From NCBI GenBank assembly GCA_050953885.1, contig JBMNNJ010000001.1, forward strand, positions 399,437 through 463,436: 64,000 nt of DNA. Reading direction: 5' to 3'. The notes beneath the pieces are model-generated. The model did not search any database and was not told the origin of the DNA. It saw nothing but the letters and a program-made list of their open reading frames with translations. The DNA comes from Patescibacteria group bacterium. Lineage in GTDB: Bacteria; Patescibacteriota; Microgenomatia; 0-14-0-10-38-17. Both the position numbers and the translations under genes were made by a program. This document shows positions 62,701-64,000 of this stretch, piece by piece; positions within the stretch are counted from its first letter, which is position 1; each line of letters starts with the position of its first letter.

Positions 62701-64000
62701 TACTTAACTCAGCAACAGATTACTCCTCTACTCCAACAGACTCACGAGATCAACAGGATGCTCTCGGGGCTGATCAATTATCTCAAGAAGAAAGCTGGCA
62801 AAGCCAGCTAAATCACGGTTCACCGTTCACGGATCACAGATGGGTGAAGGTGATTTATTTATCTCCAGGTGACTCTATTGCTACCGCTTCTTTCTGTGAA
62901 CCAAGAACAGTGAACGGTGAACCACGAGCCGAAGGCGAGTATAACTCCCGTGAACTACGATCTGTGAACTGTGAACCATACGTTGTTTGGGACAAAATCG
63001 TTTCCATCGAGTATGTTGGCTATGAGCAGGTCTATGACATAGAGGTTGAGGGCACGCATAACTTTGTTGCTAATGGAATTTTGGCCCATAACACGTATAT
63101 TAGCGGCAATGTCGGCATCGGGACGACGAGTCCGGGGTACAAACTAGACGTAAATGGAACACTAAACGCCACATCAATCTATGAGAACGGAACACCGCTC
63201 TCTAACAGTTATAGCAACGTTGTTTATAAATATGGGCCAACAGGTTTAAATGGAGCGGCCACTAGTGATTTTGGATTAAGAATTACTCACTCAACTGGTG
63301 ATACCAGTCACGCTGACCATGGTTCTTATTTAGTTAACATTAAAAGCAGGTACATTGATGAAACGTGGCTTTTCTACTTAGCATCTGAATATCTCGGGGC
63401 ATACAAGTATAATATAGAGCGGGTGGGTGGGCATACGAACAGCGTTACCGCAGTACTGGTAACAAATACTAGTACGAGTTTTCAATTAGAACTGCAAACA
63501 TCAGGATCACAAAATGACTGGCATAGCGTAACGGTCACTAGAGTTGGGTATTCTCAGTCCGGTAATCCAACGTTTAGTTACATTGATTCCACAGCATTTA
63601 GTGCTGGTACTACTGTTGGTAGGAAATCTTGGATTGGGAATAACAATGGTGGAACAAGTACTTACTATAGCGGCAACGTCGGCATCGGGACGACGAGTCC
63701 AGGGTATACACTACATGTTAACGGCACGGCCAATATCGGCTCTTCTTTATACGTTGCCGGCAACCAACGCTTTAATTCCTCCGGCGCTCTTATTCCCCAT
63801 ACCGTTTCTTCAACCACTAAATTTACTAACCTTAACGCCGATATGGTTGACGGTTATAGCTACTCCTCCTCTTGGCCAAATGCCTCAAATACTGTCCTGC
63901 GTTCAGGCTCCACTACAAACTACATACCAAAATGGAGCGGAACCTATACCCTAACTAATTCAATTATCTACGATAACGGCACCAATGTCGGCATCGGGAC
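47769..64000 (+). CDS. Giant membrane-anchored fibre/adhesin-like protein (>=5410 aa, 3' end outside window) with SAM-like N-terminus, tandem repeats and an intein
   Basis: ATG 47769 overlaps the upstream stop; the segments I hand-translated are open, and the track reports no closed + ORF in this frame; TM FSFLIGLVLLASLGWGVY; ISFQGQLTD..G domain; many GNVGIGTT motifs. Confidence 0.9.
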   Translation, partial: MTNRTNRTNNRTNSAGFLEPLQIQAYLKRLKKEGASPATLKRKEAALKKFQSWQGKEYGPKYPLPKGAPKPKKIISKKGIFPKAFPPFLRYFSFLIGLVLLASLGWGVYSQFFAQPKETPSMAFPTNPPLLISFQGQLTDDDGTPINATIPAIFRLYNVDEGGTALWEEQKNVSTDQDGIFNTFLGDTATLDPAIFRDNMNLWLAIEIDNDGEMEPRQQIATVGYAFNSRYLQGYEATTAATANTIPVINADGDLILASSSPAIEATSGTFGLKGEAITIQSTGGTGGGDILIQPDADTQGQVIIYSATTADNSFTVQNSNITTGSLIYGEAGTSASGYNLLKLTSGSLLTDKFVVDYAGNTDIAGNLTVDSSGFFGNSVGIGTTSPGATLDVNGNLRIGTLTTGSTDTVLTHSNNIVQQRTIDPRVWGETLVDGSGSAGYVAYWQDANTLTGEQYLATSRGGTGDDTSSTTGVPYISSGNWQYESSLNVSRGGTGFSSLAAGSLIYGSGSSPMNALAIGTTNYVLTSNGSAPNWSLISQANISPDSLDFDQFQDTLDLDTDLVLNQAAYTWTQNFTGATTTGLTYNANALTSGKGVYVSSTSTGLTGNLAEISLSGNNAANTGNVLRLAQTGALSAAIPLMVTNLGAGASFRVNDETGDNDSTPFIIDASGAVGVGTAMPNASAILDLTSTAKGFLAPRMTTSQRDAIVNPAAGLLIYNTTTNQYNMYNGTGWTLIGGGDVSWSSLIDPTENLLLNHGAYTTTFTWGASTGANNLFTLTDTANNTGTGYLLNLNTATGSSLKPLRVASAGVEALAIDAAGNVGIGTTSPGEKLDVVGAIRSSGVDVSSLNPGTSTTGGLYLGAHMGHLILDLRNNDSNDSIAFRYSAANNTVVDTIGLVMKGGTGNVGIGTTSPGATLDVNGNLRIGTLTTGSTDTVLTHSNNIVQQRTIDPRVWGETLVDGSGSAGYVAYWQDANTLTGEQYLATSRGGTGDDTSSTTGVPYISSGNWQYESSLNVSRGGTGFSSLAAGSLIYGSGSSPMNALAIGTTNYVLTSNGSAPNWSLISQANISPDSLDFDQFQDTLDLDTDLVLNQAAYTWTQNFTGATTTGLTYNANALTSGKGVYVSSTSTGLTGNLAEISLSGNNAANTGNVLRLAQTGALSAAIPLMVTNLGAGASFRVNDETGDNDSTPFIIDASGAVGVGTAMPNASAILDLTSTAKGFLAPRMTTSQRDAIVNPAAGLLIYNTTTNQYNMYNGTGWTLIGGGDVSWSSLIDPTENLLLNHGAYTTTFTWGASTGANNLFTLTDTANNTGTGYLLNLNTATGSSLKPLRVASAGVEALAIDAAGNVGIGTTSPGEKLDVVGAIRSSGVDVSSLNPGTSTTGGLYLGAHMGHLILDLRNNDSNDSIAFRYSAANNTVVDTIGLVMKGGTGNVGIGTTSPGATLDVNGNLRIGTLTTGSTDTVLTHSNNIVQQRTIDPRVWGETLVDGSGSAGYVAYWQDANTLTGEQYLATSRGGTGDDTSSTTGVPYISSGNWQYESSLNVSRGGTGFSSLAAGSLIYGSGSSPMNALAIGTTNYVLTSNGSAPNWSLISQANISPDSLDFDQFQDTLDLDTDLVLNQAAYTWTQNFTGATTTGLTYNANALTSGKGVYVSSTSTGLTGNLAEISLSGNNAANTGNVLRLAQTGALSAAIPLMVTNLGAGASFRVNDETGDNDSTPFIIDASGAVGVGTAMPNASAILDLTSTAKGFLAPRMTTSQRDAIVNPAAGLLIYNTTTNQYNMYNGTGWTLIGGGDVSWSSLIDPTENLLLNHGAYTTTFTWGASTGANNLFTLTDTANNTGTGYLLNLNTATGSSLKPLRVASAGVEALAIDAAGNVGIGTTSPGEKLDVVGAIRSSGVDVSSLNPGTSTTGGLYLGAHMGHLILDLRNNDSNDSIAFRYSAANNTVVDTIGLVMKGGTGNVGIGTTSPGATLDVNGNLRIGTLTTGSTDTVLTHSNNIVQQRTIDPRVWGETLVDGSGSAGYVAYWQDANTLTGEQYLATSRGGTGDDTSSTTGVPYISSGNWQYESSLNVSRGGTGFSSLAAGSLIYGSGSSPMNALAIGTTNYVLTSNGSAPNWSLISQANISPDSLDFDQFQDTLDLDTDLVLNQAAYTWTQNFTGATTTGLTYNANALTSGKGVYVSSTSTGLTGNLAEISLSGNNAANTGNVLRLAQTGALSAAIPLMVTNLGAGASFRVNDETGDNDSTPFIIDASGAVGVGTAMPNASAILDLTSTAKGFLAPRMTTSQRDAIVNPAAGLLIYNTTTNQYNMYNGTGWTLIGGGDVSWSSLIDPTENLLLNHGAYTTTFTWGASTGANNLFTLTDTANNTGTGYLLNLNTATGSSLKPLRVASAGVEALAIDAAGNVGIGTTSPGEKLDVVGAIRSSGVDVSSLNPGTSTTGGLYLGAHMGHLILDLRNNDSNDSIAFRYSAANNTVVDTIGLVMKGGTGNVGIGTTSPGATLDVNGNLRIGTLTTGSTDTVLTHSNNIVQQRTIDPRVWGETLVDGSGSAGYVAYWQDANTLTGEQYLATSRGGTGDDTSSTTGVPYISSGNWQYESSLNVSRGGTGFSSLAAGSLIYGSGSSPMNALAIGTTNYVLTSNGSAPNWSLISQANISPDSLDFDQFQDTLDLDTDLVLNQAAYTWTQNFTGATTTGLTYNANALTSGKGVYVSSTSTGLTGNLAEISLSGNNAANTGNVLRLAQTGALSAAIPLMVTNLGAGASFRVNDETGDNDSTPFIIDASGAVGVGTAMPNASAILDLTSTAKGFLAPRMTTSQRDAIVNPAAGLLIYNTTTNQYNMYNGTGWTLIGGGDVSWSSLIDPTENLLLNHGAYTTTFTWGASTGANNLFTLTDTANNTGTGYLLNLNTATGSSLKPLRVASAGVEALAIDAAGNVGIGTTSPGAKLHVNAGAAQLTMERDETHINTWDFRITQEAGISANSLYLRASENTADFGIRAANSGNVQFILKGPTGNVGIGTTAPGAKLDVNGTGRFATSVSSPLFQGDTGAVTFGNASYATTIAGSGLTISPTAWTATPTISGLITATLGLTANGALTANSTFTLGDGADAGSVNTSSWDISTTGVASGFTGLTSSGTITFSSLAANRLVTTTTGGELTTSAEGTVGQPLLSGGTSSPNWGTLGLVYGGTNADLSGVAQGGLIYKETSALAGTGALTGILQGNNASAPTAITGTANYLPKWSSTAPYLTTASQIFDSGANVGIGNSNPQALLHVGAGGTPNYASSGDVYIQNDLEVDGTIYGALDITDATFDFLEVKRAATFSAQIASDIPITVKNTGGNEVARFTNEGKLRLGSAGAPTDTLDIDGDADISGNLDVGNGLDVLGANFTVGGANFTVSQAGTVTGGTYNGQTISSTASFTGTLSVASTFNANSNVGLGNEATDTINAAGQFVSGLIPQTNSYNLGSPTNHWGALYVDSIYGGQVGEFDFLKARGATLSAEIPTDKTLVLEGLASGHTANLIEANANGATALTLSPAGNLTLGGTITLPNGNTLTGVASYIQFNNGISVGGGTTYRLTSTGDAYLNNLYTGGTQRLSSTGALANITDYSQSSGNFAISGTGTFSTATGNISLNGATTVADGKSFTANGPVTLGDGGDAVAINSNIWDITSAGVASGLTQLTVDNLQLDGNTLSSTTDNITLDAAAYLVIADQIASSLIPSATNTYDLGSPENYWDDAYINTLTANSLNFDFIAARGATFSAEIPTDKTLVLNAATGQTANLLEINSAPGASGDLMVVTGGGNVGIGNSNPGTYKLDVAGTGRFNSTANPGLTVGNGAIGYLKIGGSTIYDNNSDLTLDSDTALVILADDLQINGNDIYDSGANQRINLGATTTLYNTTTILSGTTALTASSLATFTTASSLAMPATTSLTLGGSATIYGGTTASGTLTLQSTSNATKGNILINPSGGNVGIGTTGPGAKLSINGSPAIEFASCGTSYGGCYIKEGWGPELYSNTSQPFQVLNTSLLVGYDQTDSTARGSGNLLVSGNVGIGTTGPNTELSLNHGYINFEPSLTSWLKTGGEGILMWNSNDIEWLESTYESGYGHRLYSIDPGAGAVTHLRLAARNNSASWTDMVTFVSNGNVGIGTTGPQHKLHIYTTTAQEGIIINAGTYPEIRFEEAGTVRGYLSVAGSAGGYGTGTLADSMILRAEGNMHLITNAGTVVQTLTSGGNVGIGTTTPGARLDVNGNLKIATLTTGATNTVLTHSGNIVQQRTIDSRVWGSALVDYSGTSANYIPKMLDADTITNSLIYEAASSRRIGISTTSPGSKLTVAGGASYFGALPAPTGVVATPTSGGGLVAGTYYYVVNAFDSNNLSSNKSSQVSCTVDGSTTTACQISWVAVPGATNYRVYGRASNAQNQYWQTTSLYYTDTGAAGASDTPPGPISAFFTGNIKAERFADSANDTYYLDPAYATLSLTTAGAAGIGYSAGQMSGATAKLAVDGNVGIGTTSPGAKLHVNAGAAQLTMERDETHINTWDFRITQEAGISANSLYLRASENTADFGIRAANSGNVQFILKGPTGNVGIGTVFGEADTTGKLNVRKDSTADGMISDVLTLRNHWHTVTNIGTGIALRFKQGSTSETGKLVDIGSIAESGWSNAVGFFVKTGGTERLRISNGGNVGIGTASPSYPLHVYKNAGDWTARFQNTSGSIDIGPANGSGAHIYTDLSQFFFNQPITLTGTSSISSYSTNNLYLKTGTQANTRMTILASNGNVGIGTTGPVQKLHVEGNCVTGDTKLAIFEDHSSQFTVHSNAPSEQITDHRSQFTEIQIKDIKSGTKVYSLNQETGKLEPARINKLLDMGTKPVFKLTTEGGKEIRTTGNHPYLAQLSYEQYQQRVQLRETGSLEEEYGLSQGDLSVAREFSQTREVWSSGSTSPSSNLNSSEYRRGEREVQPQGIYPISLSGQGQSLRGGGLSQTNSRAGLLNSATDYSSTPTDSRDQQDALGADQLSQEESWQSQLNHGSPFTDHRWVKVIYLSPGDSIATASFCEPRTVNGEPRAEGEYNSRELRSVNCEPYVVWDKIVSIEYVGYEQVYDIEVEGTHNFVANGILAHNTYISGNVGIGTTSPGYKLDVNGTLNATSIYENGTPLSNSYSNVVYKYGPTGLNGAATSDFGLRITHSTGDTSHADHGSYLVNIKSRYIDETWLFYLASEYLGAYKYNIERVGGHTNSVTAVLVTNTSTSFQLELQTSGSQNDWHSVTVTRVGYSQSGNPTFSYIDSTAFSAGTTVGRKSWIGNNNGGTSTYYSGNVGIGTTSPGYTLHVNGTANIGSSLYVAGNQRFNSSGALIPHTVSSTTKFTNLNADMVDGYSYSSSWPNASNTVLRSGSTTNYIPKWSGTYTLTNSIIYDNGTNVGIG
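48906..56575 (+). repeat. Tandem array of a 1584-bp (528-aa) unit, ~4.84 copies
   Basis: Units start at 48906, 50490, 52074, 53658 and 55242; antisense ORFs in the track recur identically every 1584 bp. Confidence 0.97.
56564..56821 (+). repeat. ~258-bp module duplicated at 61256-61513
   Basis: Sequence identical by eye; both ends fall in GNVGIGT codons. Confidence 0.92.
62121..63092 (+). mobile_element. Intein (Hint domain, 324 aa) in the giant protein
   Basis: Block A CVTGDTKL, block B IRTTGNHPYL, blocks F/G VYDIEVEGTHNFVANGILAHN followed by T(+1). Confidence 0.93.
62422..62811 (+). CDS. Four helix bundle protein (23S rRNA IVP/bAvd-like), nested in the +1 frame inside the intein
   Basis: FEKLEVWKKSM, FPKHERYGLVDQLRRAATSILLNIAEG, FLYQARGSLYE; 129 aa from ATG 62422. 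Confidence 0.92.
   Translation: MNNTSKEFNFEKLEVWKKSMALVKAIYQLLESFPKHERYGLVDQLRRAATSILLNIAEGNGRYSHKEFIQFLYQARGSLYEVVACLKLTQELGYLTQQQITPLLQQTHEINRMLSGLINYLKKKAGKAS

Noticed and set aside
62121-63092. Homing endonuclease in the intein
   Set aside because: No LAGLIDADG or HNH motif in the host frame; the inserts are heptamer arrays and the out-of-frame gene.
47216-64000. Diversity-generating retroelement suggested by two Avd-like genes and repeats
   Set aside because: No reverse transcriptase in the window. The repeats are either identical or differ mostly at synonymous, non-adenine-specific sites (48930-49050 versus 60470-60596). A DGR beyond 64000 cannot be excluded.
46721-64000. Prophage (integrase plus tail fibre)
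   Set aside because: The integrase-like ORF lacks the catalytic domain, there are no capsid, terminase or portal genes, and the fibre has a TM anchor.

Overview
Bacterial chromosome segment. It looks like Patescibacteria/CPR, probably Microgenomates; this is inferred from gene content and protein style, not from a marker gene. Positions 1-39.1 kb are mostly housekeeping: folD-glyA-thyX-kinase-dCMP deaminase, topA, dprA, mreBCD-pbp2, def-fmt, ribosomal proteins, six tRNAs, ndk, argS, leuS and comEA/comEC. Positions 39.6-45.7 kb encode membrane and secreted proteins. From 46.7 kb there is an unusual locus: an ORF made of integrase-type SAM-like repeats, then a four-helix-bundle gene, then a giant ORF that the ORF track misses (47769 to beyond 64000, at least 5410 codons). 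The giant ORF carries a SAM-like N-terminus, one TM helix, about 4.8 apparently identical 1584-bp repeats and many GNVGIGT-delimited modules. It also contains a 324-aa intein that holds a complete second four-helix-bundle (IVP/Avd-like) gene overprinted in the +1 frame and flanked by inverted heptamer arrays. Most intergenic spacers are stacks of short palindromic or periodic repeats, and several of these have also inserted in-frame into leuS and argS. A promoter-driven 6S-like RNA candidate and an L10 leader are also visible.
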